Assembly: GCA_963837415.1 (NCBI GenBank)
Contig: CAWING010000012.1
Location: 532,417-596,416, forward strand
Length of the DNA stretch: 64,000 nucleotides
Reading direction: 5' to 3'
Source: an uncultured Bacteroidota bacterium
GTDB taxonomy: Bacteria; Bacteroidota; Bacteroidia; Cytophagales; Cyclobacteriaceae
This document shows, piece by piece, positions 31,505 to 41,894 of the stretch (positions are counted from its first letter, which is position 1; each line of letters begins with the position of its first letter). The notes beneath the pieces were generated by a model, which was not told the origin of the DNA, made no database searches, and was given only the letters and a program-made list of their open reading frames with translations. The translations under genes and the position numbers were made by a program.

Positions 31505-33880
31505 ATGGTTCGAAGTTTTTTAATAGCAGCTATCAGAAATCTTAAAAAGAACAGGTTGTACTCCATCATTAATGTTTTGGGTCTGGCTCTAGGCATTGCT
31601 TGTTGTTTGGTCATTTTTGTGATCGTTAAGTATGAGACGTCGTTTGATGACTATCACAGCAAAGCAGAGCGCATTTATCGGGTAAACCTGGAACGGGCAA
31701 CAGATGAGGGATGGGAGTTTTATGGCAACAATTATACGCCGCTGGCGGAAGCTATTCGAAGCGAGGTCACGGGGCTGGAGGCAGTTACAGGTGTGTACTG
31801 TTTGCAAGTTTACCAGTTCTCCAAAGACGAAAACCTGTTCGAGGGTAAGTATGCGTTCTTTGTCGACCAGCACTATATGGATGTGTTTGACGTCGCGTGG
31901 ATCGCGGGCAACCCACAACACGCGTTAACTGCTCCTAATACGGCCGTGGTGACAGATGTTTTTGCAGAGAAATTCCTGGGAGGAATAGCCCATGCGTTAG
32001 GCAGCACGTTTATGCTGGAGAATAAACTAACACTTACTGTATCGGGCATTGTACGCAACCCTCCAACTAATACAGATCACCCATACAGCATACTCATTTC
32101 GTATCCCACACTACCAGAATTTATTCCAGGAAGTACGGATAATTGGGAGAATCTGGGTGGGGGAGCAACTTACGTGGTGTTTAAAGAGAACACGCAAAAG
32201 GAACAGGTGTATGCTCAGCTCCGCAGGATCATGGACAAGCACCTGAACCCTGAATTGGCAAAAAAGTCCACCTTCTTCCTGATGGCCCTTAACGACAACC
32301 ACGACCGCAATTACGATTACTCCAGCTTTACATATGATTTCCCTGTGCCAGTCATGGTGATCTTATCTATCGTGGCGGGAATGATTGCATTTATTGCATG
32401 CATCAACTTTGTGAACCTAGCTACCGCGCAGTCGCTGCGGCGCGCCAGGGAAGTGGGCATCCGCAAAACCATCGGCAGCAGTCGTAAGCAACTAGTGGGA
32501 CAGTTTATGACAGAAGCCTTTGTGATCACGCTCCTGGCTGTGATCGTTGGTATAGGGCTGGCGAAAATCGGGATGGCGCTGCTGAGCGAACAATTTGGTG
32601 GTTATCTGCAGCTTGACGTGTTGTGGGAACCTGTCACACTCGTGTTCATTGCAGTTATTACTGTGGTGATAAGTGTACTTGCAGGTTTTTATCCTGCCAT
32701 TATTTTATCTGGGTACAGGCCCATGCTGGCCCTGCGGTCACATCACAGCAACGGAAGATCAAAAGGTTTTTCATTGAGAAAAGTATTGATAGTGGTACAG
32801 TTCGCCGGTGCACAGATACTCATCCTGGTCACGATTATCATGCTCAACCAGATCAGCCATTTCAGGAACCGTCCCATTAGCTATAATCCCAAAGCCGTAG
32901 TGTTATTCCCTTATCTACGCGGCAATGAAGCGCAGCAGCATGCGCGCCTCGGCAATGAACTGAAGAACGTGCCTGGAATGATCAGCTATACATTTTCATA
33001 CGATTTACCCGGCGGCGGCAACCCCGTGGAGTTTTACAACAAGGAAAAGGAGCAAAGCAAGCATGCCGGATTTATCAATTATGGTGATACATCATTCATC
33101 CACACCTATGGTATGAAACTGATTGCCGGCAGAAATTTATCCGTAGAGCAGGCATCTGTTGAAGTGGTGGTGAATGAAGCCCTGATGAAAACGCTCGGGA
33201 TAATAAATCCACAGGAAGCGATCGGCGTAATGTACACTGTGAATGATCACGAAGTAATGATTCGCGGCGTAATCCGTGATTTTTATACGCAAACCATGAG
33301 CAACCGCGTAGACCCGGTGATGGTTCAGTATGATCCGACAAAGTTTAGCGGTGTGGCTATGCGTATTTCAACCGACCACATAACCGAAACCATAGCTGCA
33401 GTAGAGAAAGCATGGCGTGTAGCATATCCAGGCTTCCTTTGCAAATATCAGTTCATGGATGACAAGCTGGACCGCGCATATGGTTTCTTTAATACTATCT
33501 TCACCTTCCTGGGCGCAGCCTCTTTTCTGGCTATCTTTATTGGCTGCCTGGGGCTGTTCGGACTGGTATCGTTTATGGCCGTGCAGCGTACCAAAGAGAT
33601 CGGCATCCGCAAAGTATTCGGCGCCACCGTGCCGAACATAATGATGATGTTTACCAAAGAATCAGCCGTACTCATCGTGATCGCCTTTGTAGGCGCAGCA
33701 CCGCTGGCTCATGTAGTGGGAATTGCTATGCTCATGGAGCTCCCTGAGCGCGTAACGCCTGGCCTGGAGATTTTCCTGGTCACGCTGCTGGCATCTCTGT
33801 TCATTGCATTGCTTACGGTGGCGCATCGTGCGTTCAGCGCTGCTGTTCAGAATCCGACGGATAGTCTGAGAAACGAATAA
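31505..33880 (+). CDS. ABC transporter permease (duplicated MacB-PCD/FtsX domains)
   Basis: INVLGLALGIA, ACINFVNL..A..LRRAREVGIRK, GCLGLFGL...QRTKEIGIRKVFGA, NPTDSLRNE. Confidence 0.93.
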   Translation: MVRSFLIAAIRNLKKNRLYSIINVLGLALGIACCLVIFVIVKYETSFDDYHSKAERIYRVNLERATDEGWEFYGNNYTPLAEAIRSEVTGLEAVTGVYCLQVYQFSKDENLFEGKYAFFVDQHYMDVFDVAWIAGNPQHALTAPNTAVVTDVFAEKFLGGIAHALGSTFMLENKLTLTVSGIVRNPPTNTDHPYSILISYPTLPEFIPGSTDNWENLGGGATYVVFKENTQKEQVYAQLRRIMDKHLNPELAKKSTFFLMALNDNHDRNYDYSSFTYDFPVPVMVILSIVAGMIAFIACINFVNLATAQSLRRAREVGIRKTIGSSRKQLVGQFMTEAFVITLLAVIVGIGLAKIGMALLSEQFGGYLQLDVLWEPVTLVFIAVITVVISVLAGFYPAIILSGYRPMLALRSHHSNGRSKGFSLRKVLIVVQFAGAQILILVTIIMLNQISHFRNRPISYNPKAVVLFPYLRGNEAQQHARLGNELKNVPGMISYTFSYDLPGGGNPVEFYNKEKEQSKHAGFINYGDTSFIHTYGMKLIAGRNLSVEQASVEVVVNEALMKTLGIINPQEAIGVMYTVNDHEVMIRGVIRDFYTQTMSNRVDPVMVQYDPTKFSGVAMRISTDHITETIAAVEKAWRVAYPGFLCKYQFMDDKLDRAYGFFNTIFTFLGAASFLAIFIGCLGLFGLVSFMAVQRTKEIGIRKVFGATVPNIMMMFTKESAVLIVIAFVGAAPLAHVVGIAMLMELPERVTPGLEIFLVTLLASLFIALLTVAHRAFSAAVQNPTDSLRNE

Positions 33881-33950
33881 ATCAATGTGTTTGCGACTTT
33901 GAACTGCTTTGTGTTCTACAGACACAGATTACGACTCAAGAAAATTTTGA

Positions 33951-34733
33951 CTAGTAAGGAAGTTGTATAAAATTATCGGCTACGTTCTGTGTCGAAAGTC
34001 TAAAGTATTGTTTTGGAGAAATGCCCGAGAACTCTTTAAACTCGCGGATAAAATGAGATTGATCGAAATAACCTGCTGCGTAAGCCAGATCAGTCATTGT
34101 ATTTTCCGTATTCGTTCTTGCCAAGCGCAAGGAAGCTTGAAATCGCATGAGTCGCGAAAAGAGCTTGGGTGAAAAACCTGCTTCTTCCTTAAACCTTCGT
34201 TCCAATTGCCGGTTTGAAATTCCCGCCAACTGCGATAGTGTATCAAGCTCTACGTTTCCTCCTTGACTAATTACATATTGAACACATGCCTGAAATCTTC
34301 CGTGAGTAGTTGTTGCTCTTTTTAATTTATCATGCAGAAAACTAATCACAACACTAATTCTCTGCTCATCGGTTGGTGCCTCAAATAAACGTTCCTGAAG
34401 TTCCTTAAGTGCTTCACCCCCTAACGTATCCATGGTTACCTGCCGATGAATTAATTCCTTAGCCGGAAGATTAAAAAGCAATGACAACGCATACGGATGC
34501 AGGTACACACCCATCATTTTGAATTTGCCCGGTATACTAAATTCTTTGTGTTCCGTAGTCTGTCCATTAATTGCTCCATACTGACTGTTAAAAAAGAAAA
34601 TGAGCCCTGGAAAACCTTCTGCTAACAACTTATATTGAACAGGTTTCCCCAATGCGCCATTATATTCCAGGATCCAGAAAAATCGAACTATGCCGCTAAG
34701 AGTTGAAGGGGGATGGATTTCGCGGTAGTGCAT
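33951..34733 (-). CDS. AraC family transcriptional regulator (DUF6597-like N-terminus plus HTH_18)
   Basis: ISNRQLERRF...GFSPK..RLMRF; AGYFDQSHFIREFKEFSG. Confidence 0.92.
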   Translation of the reverse strand: MHYREIHPPSTLSGIVRFFWILEYNGALGKPVQYKLLAEGFPGLIFFFNSQYGAINGQTTEHKEFSIPGKFKMMGVYLHPYALSLLFNLPAKELIHRQVTMDTLGGEALKELQERLFEAPTDEQRISVVISFLHDKLKRATTTHGRFQACVQYVISQGGNVELDTLSQLAGISNRQLERRFKEEAGFSPKLFSRLMRFQASLRLARTNTENTMTDLAYAAGYFDQSHFIREFKEFSGISPKQYFRLSTQNVADNFIQLPY

Positions 34734-34754
34734 GCATAAAGATAGTGTTTTTAG

Positions 34755-34867
34755 AAGTGTTGGAGCGTTGTCCGACGGACTCCGGACTCCTTCGGAGAAG
34801 TTCTAAGTGTTGGAGGACACACCATCCAGTTTTGCCCTTCGTACCTCGTCATTTGTACCTCGTACTT
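34755..34867. repeat. Composite repeat: 11-bp direct repeat around palindromes plus an orphan heptamer arm
   Basis: AAGTGTTGGAG at 34755 and 34805; inside, GTCCGACGGAC, GGACTCC x2, CTCCTTCGGAG; CTTCGTA CCTCGTC ATTTGTA CCTCGTA at 34837-34864. Confidence 0.65.
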
Positions 34868-35587
34868 TCAATTGTTAATCTCCAATTGTTTTATCAACAC
34901 TTCCATATCCTTCGGATAAGGTGCTTCCACGATTTGGACATCATCTGATCTATTTTTGAACTCAAGGGAAAATGCATGCAACGCCATGCGCTTCATTAAG
35001 GGTTGTTCTTCTGTCTCTTTCTTTAAATTGAAATTTCTTTTTACGTGTGATAAAAAAAATGGCTTACCACCGTAAAGTTCATCGCCCGTGATAGGAGCAC
35101 CTAAAACCGAAAGATGCAATCTGATTTGATGCATTCGACCTGTTACTGGCTTACATGCAATAAGGGTGTGATGACGATATGATTTTACAGAGGTGAAATA
35201 AGTCTGTGCTGGTTTGCCTTCACGCTTGCTGATTTTTGCTATTCCATCGTCTTGTTTTAAGATGGGTTGGTCAACAAGCGTTTCTTCAAACTGGTGCACG
35301 CCATCAATAACGGCGTGATATAATTTAACAACCTGTCGCTTTTCAAATTGTATGCTTAAATGGCGGTAGGCTTCCGGATTCTTAGCGATCGCCAATACAC
35401 CTGAGGTATCTTTATCGAGCCGGTGGCATACCTGGGCATCCGCTATATACGTTCTGGCTAAGCGCAGAAGGTTAACTTTTTCATTTCGATCCTCCAGTGT
35501 GGATAAAAAAGGTGGCTTATTAACCAGCACGTAGTCTTCGTCTTCGAACAGAACAATGTCTTCAAACTTTATCTTGGAATGTTTCAA
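34868..35587 (-). CDS. RluA family pseudouridine synthase
   Basis: VNKPP, HRLDKDTSG, TGRMHQIRLH, LHA motifs. Confidence 0.95.
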   Translation of the reverse strand: MKHSKIKFEDIVLFEDEDYVLVNKPPFLSTLEDRNEKVNLLRLARTYIADAQVCHRLDKDTSGVLAIAKNPEAYRHLSIQFEKRQVVKLYHAVIDGVHQFEETLVDQPILKQDDGIAKISKREGKPAQTYFTSVKSYRHHTLIACKPVTGRMHQIRLHLSVLGAPITGDELYGGKPFFLSHVKRNFNLKKETEEQPLMKRMALHAFSLEFKNRSDDVQIVEAPYPKDMEVLIKQLEINN

Positions 35588-36660
35588 TGCTTTTCAGTCT
35601 TACTTGTTTCCTGTGAATCGCCACTTTCAGGTTTAACACGGGGCAGTCGAAAACTAAAAATAGAACCTTTTCCCGGTGTACTTTCAACTTCCGGCTTTGT
35701 ATTATGGCCATCGAGAATATGCTTCACAATAGCCAGGCCCAAACCTGTACCCCCTTTTTCGCGGCTTCGGCTCTTATCTACCCTGTAAAACCGTTCAAAA
35801 ATCCGGGCTTGGTGATCCTGGGGAATTCCCTCACCAAAATCTCGTATCGATGTAACAATGCTTTTTTTACTTACGTCAAATGTCACAACGACTTCAGAGT
35901 CATCGTAAGAATGTTTGATTGCGTTGGAGATAAGGTTTGTCATAACCTGGTTGATGCGTTGCCAATCGGCATAAACAAAAACTTTTTGCGTGTCGCTCTC
36001 AATGCGCAAGGTTACATCTTTTTTATCGGCCTTCCCTTCAAACTGCTCAAAAACTTCTTCTGTTAATTTATACAAGTCGATGATTTCGAAATGCATTTTG
36101 ATCTGACCCGTTTCAATATGCGACAGCGTAAGCAAATCCTGTACTAACACATCCAATCCATCCAGGCTCTTAGCTGCTTTTTTTAAAAATTTTGTGCGTA
36201 CGGTCTTATCGTTAACTGCGCCGTCCAATAGGGTATGAACAAATCCTTGTGCAGCAAAGATGGGCGTTTTAAGCTCGTGAGAAACGTCGGCAATAAATTC
36301 CTTTCGAAAGGCTTCGAGCTTTCTTAATTCATCAATTTCTTTTTGCTTCAGATCTGCAAAGGAGTAAATTTCTTCATTTATGGTTTTTAAAGGATTGAGC
36401 GCTGCTGATTTTTGTCTGTCAATTTTGGAGAGCTCTTTTTTCTTCAGCTTGTCCATTAATTTATAGATCTTGTTGATCTCCCTGAATATGAGAAATTCCA
36501 AGACCACAAAGATGAGAAGGTAGGAAACAGAAAAGCTTATTATAAAAGCTACGAGCAGTGCGCTTAAATCTACACTTTTGAAAAGAGATAAGAACAGGGA
36601 AGTGATAAGTGCGATACATACCGCAAGCAAAAGGGCCAATCCCCGTGAACTGTAAACCAT
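35584..36660 (-). CDS. PhoR-like sensor histidine kinase
   Basis: Two TMs; FIADVSHELKTP; NLISNAIK; FERFYRVDKSRSR..GGTGLGLAIVKH. Confidence 0.93.
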   Translation of the reverse strand: MVYSSRGLALLLAVCIALITSLFLSLFKSVDLSALLVAFIISFSVSYLLIFVVLEFLIFREINKIYKLMDKLKKKELSKIDRQKSAALNPLKTINEEIYSFADLKQKEIDELRKLEAFRKEFIADVSHELKTPIFAAQGFVHTLLDGAVNDKTVRTKFLKKAAKSLDGLDVLVQDLLTLSHIETGQIKMHFEIIDLYKLTEEVFEQFEGKADKKDVTLRIESDTQKVFVYADWQRINQVMTNLISNAIKHSYDDSEVVVTFDVSKKSIVTSIRDFGEGIPQDHQARIFERFYRVDKSRSREKGGTGLGLAIVKHILDGHNTKPEVESTPGKGSIFSFRLPRVKPESGDSQETSKTEKH

Positions 36661-36670
36661 GCACTAAGAT

Positions 36671-36789
36671 AGTTATCCGTAGCAGTTATCCGTTAATCGT
36701 AATCCGTTATCGGTTAAAGTTATTGGGTTACCCATGTTGTGGAATGCCTAGTATAGATCAACTCGCGATTAACTATTAACGGATAACTA
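36671..36789. repeat. Heptamer-periodic inverted repeat, GTTATC family
   Basis: AGTTATCCGTTAAT (36684-36697) pairs perfectly with 36775-36788; the right arm contains the response regulator TAG stop. Confidence 0.88.
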
Positions 36790-37476
36790 ATTCTGGGCGA
36801 ACTTGTATCCTACTCCCTTTACAGTAGTAATATAATCATCGCCAATCTTCTCACGAACTTTCCGAATATGTACGTCAACTGTTCTTGCCAGCACATATAC
36901 ATCTGAGCCCCATATATTTTGGAGTAAATCTTCGCGGCTAAATACTTTGTTTGGATTCTGGGCTAAAAAGTAGAGCAACTCAAATTCTTTTTTAGGAAGG
37001 TTTATTTCTTTGCCGTTTACCTTTATAGTATAGCTCGTTCTATCAATAGTAAGATCACCAATCGTTATAATACTTGAGGGAGATGATTTTTTTGAATCCC
37101 TTCTGAAGAGGGCGCTTATTCTGCTCATGAGAGCGCGAGGCTTAATTGGCTTCGTGATATAGTCATCGGCTCCAATATCAAAAGCCGCTACTTCAGAATA
37201 TTCTTCCGAGCGGGCGGTAAGAAATACGACAAACATTTTTTGCAACTCTGGCAAATCCCGAAGGAGTCTGCAAGTTTCTACTCCATCCATTTTCGGCATC
37301 ATGATATCGAGGAGCACAAGGTCAGGCACGAATTTTTTTGCAATGTCTACCGCCTTCGCACCATCAAGCGCGGTTTTTACTTCATACCCGTTCTTTTCGA
37401 GGTTGTATTTCAGAAGTTCCAGGATCGGTTCTTCATCATCAACGACAAGCACTTTGTGCATCTGCCTGTTTCCCAT
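36787..37476 (-). CDS. OmpR/PhoB family response regulator
   Basis: VVDDE, LLDIMMP, GADDYITKP, RTVDVHIRK, TVKGVGYK. Confidence 0.95.
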   Translation of the reverse strand: MGNRQMHKVLVVDDEEPILELLKYNLEKNGYEVKTALDGAKAVDIAKKFVPDLVLLDIMMPKMDGVETCRLLRDLPELQKMFVVFLTARSEEYSEVAAFDIGADDYITKPIKPRALMSRISALFRRDSKKSSPSSIITIGDLTIDRTSYTIKVNGKEINLPKKEFELLYFLAQNPNKVFSREDLLQNIWGSDVYVLARTVDVHIRKVREKIGDDYITTVKGVGYKFAQN

Positions 37477-37537
37477 AGATAAACTATTTGGTCAAAAATA
37501 GGTAGAAAACAGGGTTTTAAAAATGTACAATGCTTTA

Positions 37538-37582
37538 TTAACAATTCCTTAATAGATTGAAAAAGTTAAACCATCATTAAAC
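37538..37582. promoter_or_regulatory. Candidate OmpR/PhoB-type binding sites (11-bp-spaced TTAA repeats)
   Basis: TTAACA/TTAATA at 37538/37549 and TTAAAC/TTAAAC at 37566/37577, upstream of a TATTTTTG -7 element. Confidence 0.35.
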
Positions 37583-37621
37583 TAAATTCTTACTCAACAT
37601 TTTCAATCACTTTGGTATGGA

Positions 37622-38683
37622 TTAAAGGAAAGGATACTTATTGCTTAGATAGCTGATGTAGACCTTCAAATTACTATCAAACCTGGTTTTCCATTCCTCT
37701 ATAAAGATAGTCTGCTTAGCCTGATATTGCCGGAAGTTCATAAAGTAGGCATTGTTGGGCAGTTTTTCTTTGAATCGCGAAGACGGTTTTTTTGTTAGAG
37801 CCAGTGATAATGTGTCCAACGATCCAACCACCTTGCGAATCAGACCTTCCTTTAGTAATCGTTTTCTACTAACGGGGTCTTCATCGTTCATATTTGCATA
37901 CAAGCTATCCAACTTGCCCGCCCCGCGTAACATATGGTTAACAAACTTCAGGTAGTCTTCGTCCTCTTGTAGATAATTCCGGTACTCTTTCGACGTTTCG
38001 CCATATTTAAAGATAAGAAACTGCTCTGCACCCCGGTCTCCAATAAAAGTGGACAGGTTTTCATTAAACTCGACACTATCCTTTACAAAGATCGTTGCAT
38101 GCGACATCTCATGAATAATAAGATTGGCAAGATCACCTTCACTACGCATCAACATCTTACTCAGGATTGGATCCGTAAACCATCCTAATGTTGACCATCC
38201 CCCCGGATTACGAATGATAACATCCCATCCTTCTTTTTCAAGCGCCTGCTTCAGCCTTACCGCTCGCTCCTTCTTAAAAAAACCTTTGTAGGGAACTGAT
38301 CCCAGAATCGGAAACCTCCACTCCTTGGGTTTTAATTGAAATGGTTCACTCGCCAACACTACCCACATAACTTCTTTCCCTTTTTGGTCGTAGAGTGTTT
38401 TATAATTTTCAGTGTCCTTTAGTCCGAGGGAATCAATAGCAAATTTTCTGATCTCTGTAATAAGCTCGAGTCTTGCCTTAAGAGAGTCTGGAAATGTTGG
38501 ATCCTTTAAATATTCCTCTACTGATTTAGCGTTCCAAATAATGTTAAGCTGACCATAACCCTGCTGCAGGCCATAGGTGACCAACTCCCAATAGATTATT
38601 ATCAGTGCGATAAGGATAGCAAGGAGTCCCCATAAAATCCTTTTGAATATTTTACGAACGCCTATCCTCATAGACTTAGACAA
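37622..38683 (-). CDS. Putative zinc aminopeptidase (DUF2265-like)
   Basis: W.FP..G.VPYKGFF, STLGWF.DP, LIIHEMSH (HExxH), FNE. Confidence 0.85.
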   Translation of the reverse strand: MSKSMRIGVRKIFKRILWGLLAILIALIIIYWELVTYGLQQGYGQLNIIWNAKSVEEYLKDPTFPDSLKARLELITEIRKFAIDSLGLKDTENYKTLYDQKGKEVMWVVLASEPFQLKPKEWRFPILGSVPYKGFFKKERAVRLKQALEKEGWDVIIRNPGGWSTLGWFTDPILSKMLMRSEGDLANLIIHEMSHATIFVKDSVEFNENLSTFIGDRGAEQFLIFKYGETSKEYRNYLQEDEDYLKFVNHMLRGAGKLDSLYANMNDEDPVSRKRLLKEGLIRKVVGSLDTLSLALTKKPSSRFKEKLPNNAYFMNFRQYQAKQTIFIEEWKTRFDSNLKVYISYLSNKYPFL

Positions 38684-39055
38684 GGAACTTTTTTGAACCC
38701 TAAAACGACTCCATCAAGTGTGAAAGAAAGTCTTACTGAATTCATTTTAGAGAAAATTGAATGAAATAAAAGTTGCAATATAAATGCTTTGACACTAGTT
38801 GTCATTTCGCAATTACAAAAGTCAACTCATTGAATGCAATTTATTTAGGTAATATAAGCTAAAGCAATAAAGCAATAACTCGGATTTTGGCTGTGATTAT
38901 CTGTGTGTATCTAGTTTTTATTTTAGGAGTGAAGTAGTAATTTCAACCTCATAATCCGTTGACAGTAAGCTTTAGGTTTTAAAATAATTACCATCCTATC
39001 CCTTATTCTTTCAATCGATTTTTTTGAATTTGTAACATAAACATGAATAATAGAT

Positions 39056-40084
39056 ATGAGCGATGCTAAAGAAAAACTGAAAGCTCTTCAGTTAACACTT
39101 GATAAACTTGAAAAAACCTACGGCAAAGGAACCGTAATGAAACTCAGTGATGAAAAGGTAATGGACGTACCCGCCATTTCAACAGGTTCGCTAGGGCTAG
39201 ACATTGCCTTAGGCATCGGAGGCATTCCACGTGGAAGAGTTACCGAAATTTATGGGCCTGAATCTTCCGGAAAAACAACATTGACTATGCATTGTATTGC
39301 CGAAGCACAAAAGAAAGGTGGCCTCGCTGCATTTATTGATGCTGAACATGCTTTTGATAAAGCCTATGCGGAAAAGTTAGGAATTGATACCGAAAATCTA
39401 TTAATCTCTCAACCTGATAATGGGGAACAAGCCCTTGAAATTGCAGATCATTTAATTCGCTCCGGAGCCATTGATATTATTGTAATCGACTCCGTTGCTG
39501 CTCTGGTCCCTAAAGCTGAGCTCGAAGGTGAAATGGGTGAGAGTAAAATGGGACTACAAGCGCGGCTCATGTCACAAGCTTTGAGAAAGCTTACTGGCAC
39601 CATCAACAAGACTGGATGTGCATGCGTCTTTATCAATCAGCTTCGCGAAAAGATCGGTATCATGTTCGGTAACCCCGAAACGACGACTGGTGGAAATGCA
39701 TTAAAATTTTATGCATCTGTTCGATTAGACATTCGAAGGATCGGTCAGATAAAAGAAGCTGCCGATGATATTACCGGGAACCGTGTAAAAGTGAAGGTTG
39801 TAAAAAATAAAGTAGCACCTCCTTTTAAAGTGGTAGAATTCGACATCATGTATGGACGAGGTATTTCCAAAGCTGGTGAAATCGTCGACTTAGGGGTGGA
39901 ATTAAATGTTGTTCAGAAAGCCGGCTCTTGGTTTTCTTATGGAGGCAACAAATTGGGTCAGGGACGTGACGCGGTAAAACAACTTATTGAAGATAATCCG
40001 GAGTTAATGGACGAGCTTGAGAAAAAAATAAAAGAGAAAATTTCAAGTGACGAAGGGAAAAAGGTTTTGGAAGAAAAAGTGTGA
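39056..40084 (+). CDS. recA: Recombinase RecA
   Basis: [41 protein letters not shown]. Confidence 0.99.
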   Translation: MSDAKEKLKALQLTLDKLEKTYGKGTVMKLSDEKVMDVPAISTGSLGLDIALGIGGIPRGRVTEIYGPESSGKTTLTMHCIAEAQKKGGLAAFIDAEHAFDKAYAEKLGIDTENLLISQPDNGEQALEIADHLIRSGAIDIIVIDSVAALVPKAELEGEMGESKMGLQARLMSQALRKLTGTINKTGCACVFINQLREKIGIMFGNPETTTGGNALKFYASVRLDIRRIGQIKEAADDITGNRVKVKVVKNKVAPPFKVVEFDIMYGRGISKAGEIVDLGVELNVVQKAGSWFSYGGNKLGQGRDAVKQLIEDNPELMDELEKKIKEKISSDEGKKVLEEKV

Positions 40085-40094
40085 CCTCGTTAAA

Positions 40095-40146
40095 GTGTTG
40101 AGGCCAGTGTATCACATTGTTATTCAGACCTCAATACTTCTTTTTT
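40095..40146 (+). terminator. Probable recA terminator
   Basis: GTGTTGAGG...CCTCAATAC stem followed by TTCTTTTTT. Confidence 0.5.
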
Positions 40147-40317
40147 AATTTTTTATAAATCAATGCGTAGCCTTGCCAAATCGCGCTTATCTCCACCTAC
40201 TTAAGGATATTTTCAGGAGGCTTTCTCTTTGTATCTAGGCTACCCGTTAGTTAAATAACGACTCCAATTTCCGCTTGGTTACAAGGGAAATAGTATGCAA
40301 TTAAATATTCAATTTAA

Positions 40318-41579
40318 TCAGGCACGGATAGCGATTACCGGATCCAGGCGGGCCGCTAGCGCAGCAGGTACAATTCCTGAAACCAATCCAATTACAGAAG
40401 ACACACCCAACCCCAGTACAATATTCTTTACAGTAAGCGTTACCACAAGGCTTCCCATCGGAATAAAGGTTATCAAGTAAACAAGAAACAATCCTGCCAA
40501 CCCTCCGATAAGACTTAAGAAAATTGCTTCAAATAAGAATTGAAATAAAATAAAGTAATTTTTTGCACCCACTGATTTCTGTAAGCCGATAATGCTGGTC
40601 CTTTCTTTTACGGATACAAACATGATGTTGGCTATACCAAAGCCTCCGACTAAAATGGAAAAACCGCCGATTATCCAACCTGCCAATCCGACAACATCGA
40701 AAGCTCCACTAATCACATTCGCAATTGCTTCAGGTCGGTTAAGTACAAAGTTATCTTTTTCGGTAGGTCGCAAACCGCGCCTTACCCTAAGCATGCCCCT
40801 TACTTCATTTTCCAATTCAACCAAACCAACATCAACTTCATTCCCCTTCACACCGATACGTGAAGTAAGTTCATTGGGCTGTCCTGTTCCCGTTTGAAAT
40901 AATCTTCTGAATGATTGGTAAGGGATTACCGTATTGTAATCGTTGCTGGGTGTTCCCATAAAACTTTGACCCTCCTTCTTTATGACGCCAATCACAACGT
41001 ACTTCAGATTTTTGATCTTTATTGTTTTCCCAATCGGATCTTCCCCGTTAGGGAACAGAGCCTGGGCAACTTCGTGTCCAATGAGCGCAACATTTCTGCC
41101 AGCTTCTACCTCTTCGCCTGTAAAATATCTTCCTTGTTCAACATTTACCTCAAATACCACATCATAACCCTCGCTCCCCCCATTAACCGAATTTGTCCGA
41201 TACTATTGTTGTCACGCTTAACAGTTGAATTTCCCTTGCCTGCAAAAATGGTAATGCCATTTTCATTATTCAAATTAGCTTTTAAAAATTTATATTCATT
41301 ATACGATGCATTAGGACGTTGCCAAAAATCCCACCAACGGTATTCACCATCATTATCAGCGGTAAAGGGCCACTTTTCAATGTAGATTACTCCGGTGCCT
41401 AAAAAATTAAGACTGTCTTTGATATTCTTTTCAAGCGAATCAACGATTGTCAATACGGAAATGATTGCGAAAATTCCAACGGTTACCCCAAGTAATGATA
41501 ATATGGTACGAAGTACATTTGATTTTAATGCTTTCCAGGCAAAGCGGAAACTCTCGTAAATCTGACTTAAAGTCTTCAT
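40318..41579 (-). CDS. ABC transporter permease (MacB/FtsX-like), one frameshift near 41165
   Basis: LRTILSLLGVTVGIF; GGFGIANIMFVSVKERT; AARLDPVIAIR. Confidence 0.88.
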
Positions 41580-41585
41580 GAGGAT

Positions 41586-41722
41586 AGTTAATCGTTATCA
41601 GTTATCAGTTATCAGTTATCTGTTATCTGTTAATGGTTAATCGTTTAATAGTGATACATCTAAAGCTCACACCCTCTCCATGATTAATCGGTAACAATTA
41701 CCTATTAACGGATAACGGTTAG
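41586..41722. repeat. Heptamer-periodic inverted repeat, GTTATC family (9 left units, 6 right units)
   Basis: AGTTAAT CGTTATC AGTTATC x3 TGTTATC TGTTAAT GGTTAAT CGTTTAA versus TGATTAA TCGGTAA CAATTAC CTATTAA CGGATAA CGGTTAG. Confidence 0.9.
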
Positions 41723-41894
41723 CCAGGTTAGTCGATAGTTTCTGAATGAAATTACTTTCAAAAGACTTAAAAATGGACTTTTTGTTACAGTATTTAAAAA
41801 CCTCAAGTGTTTTGTCGCAAAAGTCAAATATTGCCTTATTTTTGCAACCTCTTAAAAATTTAGCCTTTATTGGGCATCTTTTGCACAAACGAAT

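Noticed and set aside
38684-39055. SOS/LexA box upstream of recA
   Set aside because: I could not identify a convincing palindrome.
41586-41722. CRISPR array
   Set aside because: The units are 7-bp tandem repeats without unique spacers, and there are no cas genes in the window.
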